Virus record (IMG/VR): IMGVR_UViG_3300042562_000747
Span: 1-64,000 of that record
Length of the DNA: 64,000 nucleotides
From: a virus
Taxonomy: Duplodnaviria; Caudoviricetes
Strand: one strand, 5' to 3'
The notes beneath the pieces were generated by a model. It worked only from the letters and a program-made list of their open reading frames with translations, made no database searches and was not told the origin of the DNA. Positions 40,673 through 50,947 of the stretch are shown piece after piece. Each line of letters begins with the position of its first letter. Within the stretch, counting starts at the first letter, position 1. The translations under genes and the position numbers were made by a program.

Positions 40673-40704
40673 CAAAGATATGGAAAATAGTCCGAATTAC
40701 CAAA
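40673..40704 (-). promoter_or_regulatory. Bacteroidota sigma70 promoter (-33/-7)
   Basis: Coding strand TTTG-N20-TATCTTTG, an exact TAnnTTTG match. Confidence 0.75.
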
Positions 40705-41109
40705 TTATTCTGAGAACCATTCTTCTGGTATCAGCTTATCGGCATACTTAAATCCATACTTGTCACACCAATCGGAGTAAGTTGTTTTGGATTTTTTGTT
40801 AATTTTGTTCTTTGAATTGGTAAATACAAAACGAATATCTATGGTAGGATTTTGTTCTTTAACTAATAGATGTTTCTTTCTATCGGCTAATACAAACCTA
40901 CCTTTCGTTTCTACCCTAATGTTATTGGGTAATTTAAAATCCGGACTATATGTGTGAGGTGAGGAAGGTATAATATAATTAACCTTTTCAGTTTCGTATT
41001 CTACTTTAATTCCTTTACTCTCTATTTGTTGGGAAACGGTATCTTCTAATCCACTCTTATAACCATTCTTCTTTGCTACCCAACCCTTTTTTGTAACTTT
41101 TTTTGTCAT
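40705..41109 (-). CDS. T7 endonuclease I-like Holliday junction resolvase
   Basis: YKSGLE, YSPDF, VETKGRF, DRKKH, DIRFVF, TTYSDWC. Confidence 0.92.
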   Translation of the reverse strand: MTKKVTKKGWVAKKNGYKSGLEDTVSQQIESKGIKVEYETEKVNYIIPSSPHTYSPDFKLPNNIRVETKGRFVLADRKKHLLVKEQNPTIDIRFVFTNSKNKINKKSKTTYSDWCDKYGFKYADKLIPEEWFSE

Positions 41110-41111
41110 TA

Positions 41112-41324
41112 TTATTTTCTAGGTGTAACCGCTTCATAGTTTTTCTTAGGAGTATATGGTGCGGTTACATTACCATTTAAATTTTTTTTCTCTAAAGCCT
41201 TTTCACTTAAATCAAATTCAGATATACCACCTAATTGTTGCTTTGGAGTAAATCCCGATGTTTTAGCATTACTATCAACTTTTGCTGCGATGCCACTTTT
41301 ATTGTATGTGTCTATTATTGCCAT
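41112..41324 (-). CDS. Small hypothetical protein (probably late)
   Basis: ORF with its own late-type motif at 41339-41347. Confidence 0.55.
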   Translation of the reverse strand: MAIIDTYNKSGIAAKVDSNAKTSGFTPKQQLGGISEFDLSEKALEKKNLNGNVTAPYTPKKNYEAVTPRK

Positions 41325-41350
41325 TGTGTTTTGTTTTATATAAATATACG

Positions 41351-42454
41351 TTAAGTATCAAATCGAATCAAAAAGTTTACAGGAAGGTCTGGAGTTGATT
41401 TAATAGGGGTTGCTAATTTAGCTACTGCTACCATATCCATATTATCATCATATAAACCAATAGTTGTAATGTAAGGTGCAATAAAAGAACCAGTAGGGTC
41501 CATTGATGAACTATATTCGTATGCATTAAAAGAAGGTAATTGATAATTATCACTATATGTAGTTTTTTTAATTCCTTCGAATGTAGTTGATATAGAACCT
41601 GTTATAACATTAGTTGCAATCGTAGCGGTTGGATTAGTTGATACATTAAATTCATCCTCGCCAACAATCAACAATACTTCGTTTTCATAAATAGTAGTAG
41701 TTGATTTGTATGAACCGCTAAACGTACTTAATGAATTGTATCTTACTCCACCTAATTGTGTTAATTTTGTTATAACAATTAAACCATGTGAATAAAATAC
41801 ATTACCAATAGTAGGTACATCAAATGTTTTCTTTTTAAATACACCTAAAAAACTAATAGTACCCGCTTCTACATCTATTGTTAATAAATAAAAAGCAGCT
41901 TCATCATCTACAAATAATGTATTAGTTTCAATATCTAACGATAATATTGTACTTTGAATTTCATTATTATTTGCATCGTAAAATATAAATTCACCCGTTT
42001 CAATATTGATTAATTTAAAATTATATGAACTATAATTTGATATTAAATTACCATGACCATCATCAAAAATAGTTTCATTTAATTCGTTATCATAAATGTT
42101 TATTGAAAATGGTTTTATTTGTTCGCCATATTTTATTTGCGGTATTGCTATAACTCTTGCTCTATCTACTAATAATCTTTGTTTAGCATTATCTATTGTA
42201 GTTGTAGTTGGTTTTATATCACCATAAGATGTAAATGGATTATTAGGGTCTCTATAATACATTGTATATAGTTGATGATATAATCCCTTTTCATTTAATT
42301 CAGTAGATGTTAATAAATCAGCACTTGCCGTATAATTTTCTCCACTCAAAGTTGTTACATAATCAATTGAAGTTGAATCACTGGTAACATCCCAATTTTT
42401 ATAAGCCTTAAAAGGTCTTAAATTAATATCTGATTTAGGTATTTGTTTTAACAT
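41351..42454 (-). CDS. Virion structural protein (baseplate/collar)
   Basis: GNVFYSHG, NVSTNPT, YITTIGLYD..VAVAKLATPIK C-terminal module shared with 42559. Confidence 0.6.
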   Translation of the reverse strand: MLKQIPKSDINLRPFKAYKNWDVTSDSTSIDYVTTLSGENYTASADLLTSTELNEKGLYHQLYTMYYRDPNNPFTSYGDIKPTTTTIDNAKQRLLVDRARVIAIPQIKYGEQIKPFSINIYDNELNETIFDDGHGNLISNYSSYNFKLINIETGEFIFYDANNNEIQSTILSLDIETNTLFVDDEAAFYLLTIDVEAGTISFLGVFKKKTFDVPTIGNVFYSHGLIVITKLTQLGGVRYNSLSTFSGSYKSTTTIYENEVLLIVGEDEFNVSTNPTATIATNVITGSISTTFEGIKKTTYSDNYQLPSFNAYEYSSSMDPTGSFIAPYITTIGLYDDNMDMVAVAKLATPIKSTPDLPVNFLIRFDT

Positions 42455-42476
42455 ATCTTATATAAATATCTTATTA

Positions 42477-42506
42477 AACAAAAACCCAACTTTTTAGGGT
42501 TGGGTT
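42477..42506 (-). terminator. Rho-independent terminator
   Basis: Stem AACCCAAC / GTTGGGTT with an 8-nt loop, followed by TTTGTTT on the - strand. Confidence 0.75.
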
Positions 42507-42558
42507 CTTAATTATGTGTTTGGTTTTTGTCCTACGATACTCCCAAACAAATATTTTA

Positions 42559-43773
42559 TTAGAAATCTAACTTAACCTTTAATAGTAATTCTTTACTAAA
42601 AGATTTAGCGATTGGTTGAGATGTTTTAGCTACTGCTATTAATTCATTTGAATCATTATATAAACCAACCGTAGTAGGATATACATAAGGTTCTGCTTTG
42701 AAAGTAGGATTGGCCATTGAACCCGTTGCATCTACAAATGTAGGGTTATTAGAAAAATTAAATTCTCTATTGTTAACTCTTACAAAGTAGTGTGCCGTTG
42801 ATACGTTTTCAATTCTTCTTGCTTCAAAATTTGCACCACCACTAATTGCATTAAAAAACTTATGTGAATCATATGAATCCACTCCTGTTCCAGATGGAGT
42901 AATGGTTTGTGCACCCAATGTAGCCGCCAATGCGGTTGGGTTGAATACTAAAATACCATAATCAGGATAGAATTTACCAAATCCTTGTTGATTAGATGCG
43001 GTGTATGTGTTTATAACCGAATCAATATTTTGTCCTAAATTTAATGTACCACTTACAATGTTGTACTCATTTGTACCTGCATTAGTAGTATTGAATTTTT
43101 CATTACTATTATCTATGAAAGTAAATGAACCACTAGTTCCCTTTAAAGTAATCTGCCAGTTTCCAGCATCCATTCTTTCTCTATAATTAGAACGAGCTAC
43201 ATTAATTACATATATTTCATCAGTTGCGTAACCATCCGGTGTACTAGATGAATAAAAATAAAAACTAGTTTCCGCCGTATCAGTTAATAAAGCTCTATAT
43301 TGAAAATAAGTTGCTTTAGTTGCAAATGTAGTATTTGGATTATTTGTGTATGTTGCAGAACCACTACCATATTTATGTCCGTATGCTACTGAAAATTCAA
43401 TAGAACTTGTAGCTGCCGATGCATATACATTATGATAGTAATTAGCCGTTGCTGAACCACTCATACCCGCAATAGATGTAGAAGAACCGGTAAAAAAAGT
43501 ATTTAAACTTCCACTATCATCACTCCATAATCCAGTTGTTACGATTTCATTTTTAGCAGTTACAATATCAGTTGTATTGAATTTTTTGTATACTGAGTTT
43601 GTTGTTACTCCAGTTTCTGCTACTAATTGCTCACCTGTTGTAAGATAAGTATTAATAATAGTAGCCAATTGATTTGTATCAATAACCCCATTAGCTGATT
43701 GCTTTTGTTGGTTAAGATATGTTGCTAAATCATTGGTTAATTGTGTTCCGGTATTTGTACCTAAAGTTGCCAT
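42559..43773 (-). CDS. Virion structural protein (baseplate/collar)
   Basis: FGKFYPDYG, NFSNNPTF, YPTTVGLYN..IAVAKTSQPIAK. Confidence 0.6.
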   Translation of the reverse strand: MATLGTNTGTQLTNDLATYLNQQKQSANGVIDTNQLATIINTYLTTGEQLVAETGVTTNSVYKKFNTTDIVTAKNEIVTTGLWSDDSGSLNTFFTGSSTSIAGMSGSATANYYHNVYASAATSSIEFSVAYGHKYGSGSATYTNNPNTTFATKATYFQYRALLTDTAETSFYFYSSSTPDGYATDEIYVINVARSNYRERMDAGNWQITLKGTSGSFTFIDNSNEKFNTTNAGTNEYNIVSGTLNLGQNIDSVINTYTASNQQGFGKFYPDYGILVFNPTALAATLGAQTITPSGTGVDSYDSHKFFNAISGGANFEARRIENVSTAHYFVRVNNREFNFSNNPTFVDATGSMANPTFKAEPYVYPTTVGLYNDSNELIAVAKTSQPIAKSFSKELLLKVKLDF

Positions 43774-43790
43774 ATTCTTTTATTATATTT

Positions 43791-44414
43791 TTATGCTATT
43801 GTATAAGTAACTGTTACAGGTATAGTTACACTACCACCAGTTTCGTTACCAAATATAGTCAATGTTGTTGTTAATGTTGAAGTCAATGAACTATTAGGAA
43901 TAAATGTAAATGTTAATCCTTTTACAACTTCTGCAGTTGCAGTTACACTATTACTGAAAGTATTTGTTGTTGTAGTTACATTTGTTAAACCTGCTCCTAC
44001 AATACTACCCGCATTTTTATTACCTAAAACCGCCGTATACCCACCATTCATATTTCCTGCTGGAGATGTTGAAGGATTAATTGGATATTGTCCTCCGGTT
44101 GTTTTAGCTGCAATACCAGTAACATTTAAAGATACTTGTGGTATTCTTGTTGTGTTTTTTGGTAAAGTTACTAATTTATATTTCAACGCCTGAGTTTCAT
44201 CAGGAGATGCTTCTAATACCGGTGTTTTCAAAATTGCATTATCATAATATGCAGAACCTTTTGGATGTGCTGCATCATATAATAGGTAATCAATTTCATC
44301 ATCACCCAATGCAAATTGACTAATTGCTAAAGGTTGTCCAGCTGCTAATTTCTCTCTACCTTTTTTGGTAAGGATAGCATCTACTGTAATTGTTGTGTTA
44401 TCTAAGTATGCCAT
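43791..44414 (-). CDS. Virion structural protein, tail-collar-like N-terminus
   Basis: AILTKKGREKLA..FALGDDEIDY. Confidence 0.6.
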   Translation of the reverse strand: MAYLDNTTITVDAILTKKGREKLAAGQPLAISQFALGDDEIDYLLYDAAHPKGSAYYDNAILKTPVLEASPDETQALKYKLVTLPKNTTRIPQVSLNVTGIAAKTTGGQYPINPSTSPAGNMNGGYTAVLGNKNAGSIVGAGLTNVTTTTNTFSNSVTATAEVVKGLTFTFIPNSSLTSTLTTTLTIFGNETGGSVTIPVTVTYTIA

Positions 44415-44469
44415 AGTTTGTTTATTATTCTTTTATAAATATATAAAATATTTTTTTGTTACATTATTT

Positions 44470-47400
44470 TTAATCTACTTCTAAGATTGGTTCGTTATTA
44501 CTTCTACCTTGTGCCGTTACTCTTAATGTAGTTGGGTTAGTTACAAATGATTCAACCGCTTCTTTACCATCAATTGTAGTGTTTATTGTTTGCTTAGAAC
44601 CTCTATAAAACAAATTCTGAGTTCCGGTATGTTTCTCTCCTTTATAAATATAATGAGATGGTAAATATCCACTAGCGGTTTGTATTGCAATAATATTTCC
44701 ACCAATTGTTAATCCTACACTTGTATTAAAATCTTGTACTATTAGTTCTTGTGAATATGATGAGGTTACAACATTAGCTTCACTACCACTTACACCATTT
44801 TGATTTAATTGTGTAAGAATAGTATTTTGTTTTGTTACTATAAATGCTCTTACACCCTTTGATTTAAATGTGCCATTTTCTTCATAATGATATTTACCAT
44901 ATCCATTATTAAAATAAGTATTATATCCATAATTAATATAGTTATCATCCATTCCGATAATTTGACCAGCGTTTATTAAATCAAGTTCAGTTGTTATTGT
45001 TGCTTCATTTCTTCTATAATCAATCTCAGCTTCATATGTAATGTATTGACCGGTTGCTATATCTAATATAATATTATCAATATTTGCATCATATGTATCA
45101 TACTCACCTTTAAAATTATAAACATTTGATGCCGTTAAAAATACATCATATCCTAAATTTATACCACTAATATTTTCTAAAGAACCAGATAAACTTAAAT
45201 CCGTATTTAACACATCAAACGTACTACTTACTTCTGTTATTGTAGTATCAGTAATTGTTCCTTCATGTTGTTCATTAATTGCCGTTGGTTTATTTCTTTT
45301 AACTTTACTTCTTTCTAAAAAGTGCGGTGCTATTAATAATCCTTCTGTTACCTTTGCTCTTGCCGGCAGCATTTCTTTAAGATTAACAAAGAATGATTTA
45401 TCAAAGAATTTAATTAATTTAATAAAATCATAAATGTTTCTATTAGATACTCTTTCAAAATAATATTCTCTAAGTGTATCTAATTTTTTATATGTGTTTT
45501 TATAATCATCTGAAGGGTCACCAATATAATCATCCAAACTTCCACCACCTAATGATTTTGCAATATCTAAATCTAAATCTTTATTAGGTGAGAAAAATAT
45601 ACCAACTCTATTTGAATCCATTTTAGCGGTATCAAATGCTTTTTTAGTTGCTCTTTTAACAGGAGATAAATCAACACCAACACTTCCGGTTATTTTTTCA
45701 CCTGCTAATGTGTATTGTGATTCAAATCTAATTTTATCATTTGATAATCTATTAGCACCTGTATTTGGTAGAGTAATTGTTACATCTTTATCAATGTATT
45801 TGTAGTTCCAATGTTGTGAAGAACTACTATTATATTGTGATGCGGTATCAAATCCACTTGCACTTACATCGTTCATATAAGTTGCAATAGGTGCTACGTT
45901 TTTAATTTTAGAAATTTCAGAACCAGATGGATATAAAGAGTGTGGATTTTCAAAATCTAATCTTAATAATAAATCTTCGGTAGAACTTTTCATTGTATTT
46001 CCTACAATAACCTCACTACCTAATACATGTATATCAAATATAGAAGAACTTAATGCAGTTTTCCATATTCTAACTTCATCCATTTCTCCATTAAAATTAC
46101 CAAATACAATTTGAGAACCACTATTCCATGCCAATGTACCACTACCTGTTACACTACCTTGTTTTACTATTCTATCTTTTTCTGCATTTCCATAATAAGC
46201 CGTATATGCACCATTTTGATTATTTACTAATATAGAATGAAAATTACCATCAAAGAATGAATATGCAGATGATGATAAAATTGTTGTTCCATTCACTTTT
46301 AATTGTAAACTACCAATTTGATTAGTTGTGTTTGCTCCACCACTTATAAATAATTTAAATCCACTGCCACTTACTAAATCTACCGATGATGAATATGTTG
46401 GTTTAACTCTAAATTCAATTGCTTGCGGTGCTCCACTCCAACTAGACGTTAAATATGAACCGGTATTAAATACTAAGGTAGAACTTAATGTTTCATATGT
46501 AAAAGTAGAAGGTGCCGCATCATCTGCAACAGGTCCACCAAATTCCAGTATGGTTAACATTGATTGTGGAATACCATATGAACTCATCAATGCTTTTATA
46601 CCACGTTTAGAACCTTTATGTTTTAATAAATAAGGTAAATTATTTGCAATTCTTCTCCAAATAGTTTTTGTATATTGTTCAGGTGTAATTGTATATCCAT
46701 CGGCATCATTTAATACACTTTTACCATCTACAATACCAACACCGTCACCATTATAACCAAACAAATATCCCCATAAGTTTTTATTTGAATTTAAATTTTT
46801 AGCATTCCAACTAAATGATTCTAAATAGTTATAAAGTAATTCATCATTAATACCATATGAATTAGTTTCGGTAATCATCCTTTGGTCTGTCATACCTTTA
46901 ATATAACTCCAAAGAATATCAAAGTGGTTACCCACCATATCTAAGAACAATAAGTAATCTGAATTGTTTTCATCTTCACTTATAAATTGTGGAATATTAT
47001 TTTTTAAAGCATTAAGGTTCATATTATCATAAACCGATGCAGAATCCATAGTACCTAAATACCAATTAGTAAGTGTTGTATTTGGATTAGTAATATAAGT
47101 TGTACCATCATTACTAAATGCAGTTTCTCCACTTTCTAAATTAAATCTACCACCAGGAAATGATTGATATGAAGCACTATCTGCAGTGAATACCAATGAA
47201 CTACTTACTAAGTTATTTTCCCAACCATCAAACCCACTAACTAATGTAGATAATTTTTCAGAATATTTTGTTACATCCTGTATTACATTAATACTTTGTG
47301 TTTGTTCGTTATATAGTACATCAGTTAAATAACCAATTCTATCCTCATAGTATTCTGCTAATTCTTTTTTATATTTAAAGTTTGCTAATCTTTCAACTGC

Positions 47401-49656
47401 ACTACTATATTTTATAAAGTTAGAAAAATTAGAATAATCTATATTAATTCTATCTGTTTCTACAAAATTTTGTGAAAGTAATTTATCTACAATTTGTTGA
47501 GATGATTCACTACCACTTAATATTAAATCATCGTATGATTCGTATATTGTAGATTGACCCTTTACATAATCAACTTCTATATTAAAGTTTGGTGCTCTTA
47601 ATGGTAATGCATTTGTTTCCGGTTTACTACTTACTACTACTCTTTGGATAATAGGCAAAGACATTAAACGAGATACCCATAATGTATCATTCTTGTTTAT
47701 ATTAGCAGGTAATGCTTCATATAATTTTAATACAATACTTTTACTTATTTCACCATCTGGAATACTATTACCTACACTATCTTTTTTGAATTTGGTAAAT
47801 GTACTGTAATCTATATCCCAATTAGAAACTAATATTTCTTTGTCATCAATATCAAATGAAGCTAAGTGAGATAAATATTTTTGTTCGTTTCCTAATGATA
47901 AGTTTAAATTAACGGCAATTGCATCAAACAAACTAGTTTTTAAATCTTGGGTAGAAACATATATTTGTTCATCTTCAAAATTAATAGTAATTCTTTCTAT
48001 TTCACCTTTAACATTTCCATTATACGGAATAATTAATAAATCTAATGGTGAATTAATTATTTTTCTATTTTTTAAATCTTTATAGTTTAAACTAATAAAA
48101 TCTTTATTAGAAAACTTTCCTAACGCAGTATTAGCATCTTCTTTAGAATGATATACTAATACAGTAGTTGCTAAATTGGACTCAAATGTTACTTTAAAAT
48201 TAACATCACCAAATGTATATGAGGGTATGTATACATCGGTAGGATAATCAATTTTATCAATTATCGGTGTATCAAATATTTTAGATAAGGTAACAATAAC
48301 ATATTCCACATTTCCATCGCCATATAAATTGGAACTTGGAACTAATGCTATTTTAAATGCACCCTCATTATTTAAAAAATCTTTCTTTAAATCTAAATCT
48401 ATTTTTGTACGAAGTAAACCTGTCGCACTTACTGCTACATTATATTGTTTATACGGTGTAGTTACTTTAACAAAATCTGTATTTTTTAAATCAAAATCAA
48501 TTGTAATTAATTTAGAATCGGTTGTAGATGCATATATTGATTCTAAAATACTTTGTTGTATTGTATTAGTAGTTAATTTTAATACTGGATAATCTGCATT
48601 ATCTGGTTCTACTTCTACTAAGATTAAAATGTTTTTATTAAAAACCGATGCATCAATATTAAATACCGTATCATTTACAACATTGAAATCACCTAAATTT
48701 AAATCAGAATTTTCACTAAATTTGTCAGTATATTGCCATCTAATACTTTTAAATAAAAATTTATCAAATCCACTAAGTTCTATTTTAACAGGACCCGCTA
48801 CCCCATTGGAATTTGCAAACCTTACTTCATTTTGTATTTTTGTATTAACTACTCCATTTGGTACATCGCTTGAGGTAACTTTAATATTTACTTCATTATT
48901 TAATATATCGTTTTTGTAATTTGAGATAAATTGAATAGCTTGTGTAATTGTATTTGTTACTACTTTTACCGCAACTTTATCTAAATCAAATTGTAAATCG
49001 GTGGTCAATGGTAATTCATAATCCGTACTACCTTGATAAACATTATCACCATTAAATTGTTGTATTTTAATACCAGGAATATTTACACTTTCTGTTTTTT
49101 CTACTAAACGTGTATTAATACCACCACTATTCCAGCCATCATAATACCCCATCCCCCCAAATCCTGAATTTCCACCCATCCCCCCAAACATAGAACTGCC
49201 GGCATTAAATCCAAAATTACCACCATAATCAGTTACCCATTCACTTGTACGAATATATTTTGGAATTACGGTCTTTACTAGTGCAGAATAATTTTTTGAT
49301 TTAAAATTATCATTTACAATTGGTTTAATTAAAAGTGTATCGTTAATTGTATTTGAATCAATTAAAACAGTAGCACCTTCTTGATATACATTATTTTGTA
49401 TATTGAATGTAATTTGATTTTTAAATTCACTTATATTGGATAAGTTTAATTTTATATCACTTCCGGGGGTTGATTTAGGCACAGGCACCGGCATTCCAAC
49501 ATCACCACCAAATCCACCACCACCACCAAATCCACCACCACCGAACGCACCTCCACCTGAAAGGCTACCATCATTCAATAACTCTCCCATTGGATTATAT
49601 AAATAATCCCAGTTATCCACCGGCTTCATATATTGTCTATTGTGTCGTATTGCCAT
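44470..49656 (-). CDS. Large baseplate wedge-type protein with LamG-like domain
   Basis: NLPYLLKHKGSKRGIKALMSSYG (wedge/P2 gpI-like motif), FNGEMDEVRIW, EMLPARA; baseplate gene context. Confidence 0.65.
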   Translation of the reverse strand: MAIRHNRQYMKPVDNWDYLYNPMGELLNDGSLSGGGAFGGGGFGGGGGFGGDVGMPVPVPKSTPGSDIKLNLSNISEFKNQITFNIQNNVYQEGATVLIDSNTINDTLLIKPIVNDNFKSKNYSALVKTVIPKYIRTSEWVTDYGGNFGFNAGSSMFGGMGGNSGFGGMGYYDGWNSGGINTRLVEKTESVNIPGIKIQQFNGDNVYQGSTDYELPLTTDLQFDLDKVAVKVVTNTITQAIQFISNYKNDILNNEVNIKVTSSDVPNGVVNTKIQNEVRFANSNGVAGPVKIELSGFDKFLFKSIRWQYTDKFSENSDLNLGDFNVVNDTVFNIDASVFNKNILILVEVEPDNADYPVLKLTTNTIQQSILESIYASTTDSKLITIDFDLKNTDFVKVTTPYKQYNVAVSATGLLRTKIDLDLKKDFLNNEGAFKIALVPSSNLYGDGNVEYVIVTLSKIFDTPIIDKIDYPTDVYIPSYTFGDVNFKVTFESNLATTVLVYHSKEDANTALGKFSNKDFISLNYKDLKNRKIINSPLDLLIIPYNGNVKGEIERITINFEDEQIYVSTQDLKTSLFDAIAVNLNLSLGNEQKYLSHLASFDIDDKEILVSNWDIDYSTFTKFKKDSVGNSIPDGEISKSIVLKLYEALPANINKNDTLWVSRLMSLPIIQRVVVSSKPETNALPLRAPNFNIEVDYVKGQSTIYESYDDLILSGSESSQQIVDKLLSQNFVETDRINIDYSNFSNFIKYSSAVERLANFKYKKELAEYYEDRIGYLTDVLYNEQTQSINVIQDVTKYSEKLSTLVSGFDGWENNLVSSSLVFTADSASYQSFPGGRFNLESGETAFSNDGTTYITNPNTTLTNWYLGTMDSASVYDNMNLNALKNNIPQFISEDENNSDYLLFLDMVGNHFDILWSYIKGMTDQRMITETNSYGINDELLYNYLESFSWNAKNLNSNKNLWGYLFGYNGDGVGIVDGKSVLNDADGYTITPEQYTKTIWRRIANNLPYLLKHKGSKRGIKALMSSYGIPQSMLTILEFGGPVADDAAPSTFTYETLSSTLVFNTGSYLTSSWSGAPQAIEFRVKPTYSSSVDLVSGSGFKLFISGGANTTNQIGSLQLKVNGTTILSSSAYSFFDGNFHSILVNNQNGAYTAYYGNAEKDRIVKQGSVTGSGTLAWNSGSQIVFGNFNGEMDEVRIWKTALSSSIFDIHVLGSEVIVGNTMKSSTEDLLLRLDFENPHSLYPSGSEISKIKNVAPIATYMNDVSASGFDTASQYNSSSSQHWNYKYIDKDVTITLPNTGANRLSNDKIRFESQYTLAGEKITGSVGVDLSPVKRATKKAFDTAKMDSNRVGIFFSPNKDLDLDIAKSLGGGSLDDYIGDPSDDYKNTYKKLDTLREYYFERVSNRNIYDFIKLIKFFDKSFFVNLKEMLPARAKVTEGLLIAPHFLERSKVKRNKPTAINEQHEGTITDTTITEVSSTFDVLNTDLSLSGSLENISGINLGYDVFLTASNVYNFKGEYDTYDANIDNIILDIATGQYITYEAEIDYRRNEATITTELDLINAGQIIGMDDNYINYGYNTYFNNGYGKYHYEENGTFKSKGVRAFIVTKQNTILTQLNQNGVSGSEANVVTSSYSQELIVQDFNTSVGLTIGGNIIAIQTASGYLPSHYIYKGEKHTGTQNLFYRGSKQTINTTIDGKEAVESFVTNPTTLRVTAQGRSNNEPILEVD

Positions 49657-49696
49657 TATCTATAAATATCCTATTATTACTTTTATATTATTAATA

Positions 49697-50944
49697 TTAC
49701 TTTGGTCTTATTTTACCAAAAATCCCACGGTTTAGTGTAGTTGATGCATCAGCAAACGTACCACGCCCAAATAACCCACCAATACGTCTAGTTCTATTAT
49801 TACCAGACTTAACCGGTTTCACCGTATCAGGGACAGGTTTTTCCACCGGTTGTATATCCGGTTCAACTCCTGCTTTTATAGAACCATCATCTTTTATCGG
49901 TGTATTTGGTGTAATTGTAATTGTTTTATCTAATCCTTTTAATTTATCGTTTTGTGTTAGATTAGAAGTAGCGGTAACCGTAGTTGTTATTAATGATTGC
50001 AATAATTGATTATCTACTTTGGTGTTTATTACATCTTTTATATCTTGTGGATAATCTACGAATGTAATATTTTTCATATTGTAATCAATAGAATCACTTA
50101 ATCTATTTGTTAATAATTGTCCTACTTGTTGTACATTATAAAACTCATCTAAATCAATTGGTTGCGATGACAATTGTCCATAATTAGAATTACCCAAAAT
50201 ATATTCTTTACCTTCAAATTGGTTATATAAACTTTTTTTAAAATCTGTAAATATTTTTTCTTTAAATGCTTTATATTGTGAATCGTTTCCAAACTTAAAA
50301 TCACGCTTAACTACATTTAACCAATTTTTACCATATTCTTTTATTAAATAGTTATCTATTAAATCACTTATTTGTAATTGTATTGAATCTATTTGTTTTT
50401 GTATTAAATCTAAATTTTCTCTTAATTCCAATGCATTGTCAATAAATGAATTGTATCTAGCTGTTATTTTATTATTTTGAACAACATCCGTAGTTATTAA
50501 TGGTTGAATACGAATCTCCGTTCTACTTGGTGAAATTTCATGTATCCAAACTCTTTGTTTTTTATCATCCAATCCAATATAGTTTTTAACAAAATTAAAT
50601 ACTACATTAAATTCACCATTACCATATCCCGCATCATTCACCAATTTTTCAACATCAATATCAAATACTTTTTCTTGAGTTAATGGGTCTATATCACTCT
50701 TAAGATATTTTGTTAAATTATCTTTATGAATATATCTAACCGTCACACCATTTGTTTGTTGTAATAAGTTATTAGCTAAATCATATAATCTAAATTCAAT
50801 AACATCATTTTTTGACATTCCAAAATCAGTTACATTTTTAGCTATTGTTTTAAATACATTCAAATCTTTAGAACTAACTAATTGCGCAGTTGAATCTAAA
50901 TTAAGATTAATGTTTTCAATATTTTTAAAATCTTTTATTGACAT
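49697..50944 (-). CDS. Structural protein (baseplate region)
   Basis: IHEISPSRTEIR motif; gene context. Confidence 0.5.
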   Translation of the reverse strand: MSIKDFKNIENINLNLDSTAQLVSSKDLNVFKTIAKNVTDFGMSKNDVIEFRLYDLANNLLQQTNGVTVRYIHKDNLTKYLKSDIDPLTQEKVFDIDVEKLVNDAGYGNGEFNVVFNFVKNYIGLDDKKQRVWIHEISPSRTEIRIQPLITTDVVQNNKITARYNSFIDNALELRENLDLIQKQIDSIQLQISDLIDNYLIKEYGKNWLNVVKRDFKFGNDSQYKAFKEKIFTDFKKSLYNQFEGKEYILGNSNYGQLSSQPIDLDEFYNVQQVGQLLTNRLSDSIDYNMKNITFVDYPQDIKDVINTKVDNQLLQSLITTTVTATSNLTQNDKLKGLDKTITITPNTPIKDDGSIKAGVEPDIQPVEKPVPDTVKPVKSGNNRTRRIGGLFGRGTFADASTTLNRGIFGKIRPK

Positions 50945-50947
50945 ATA

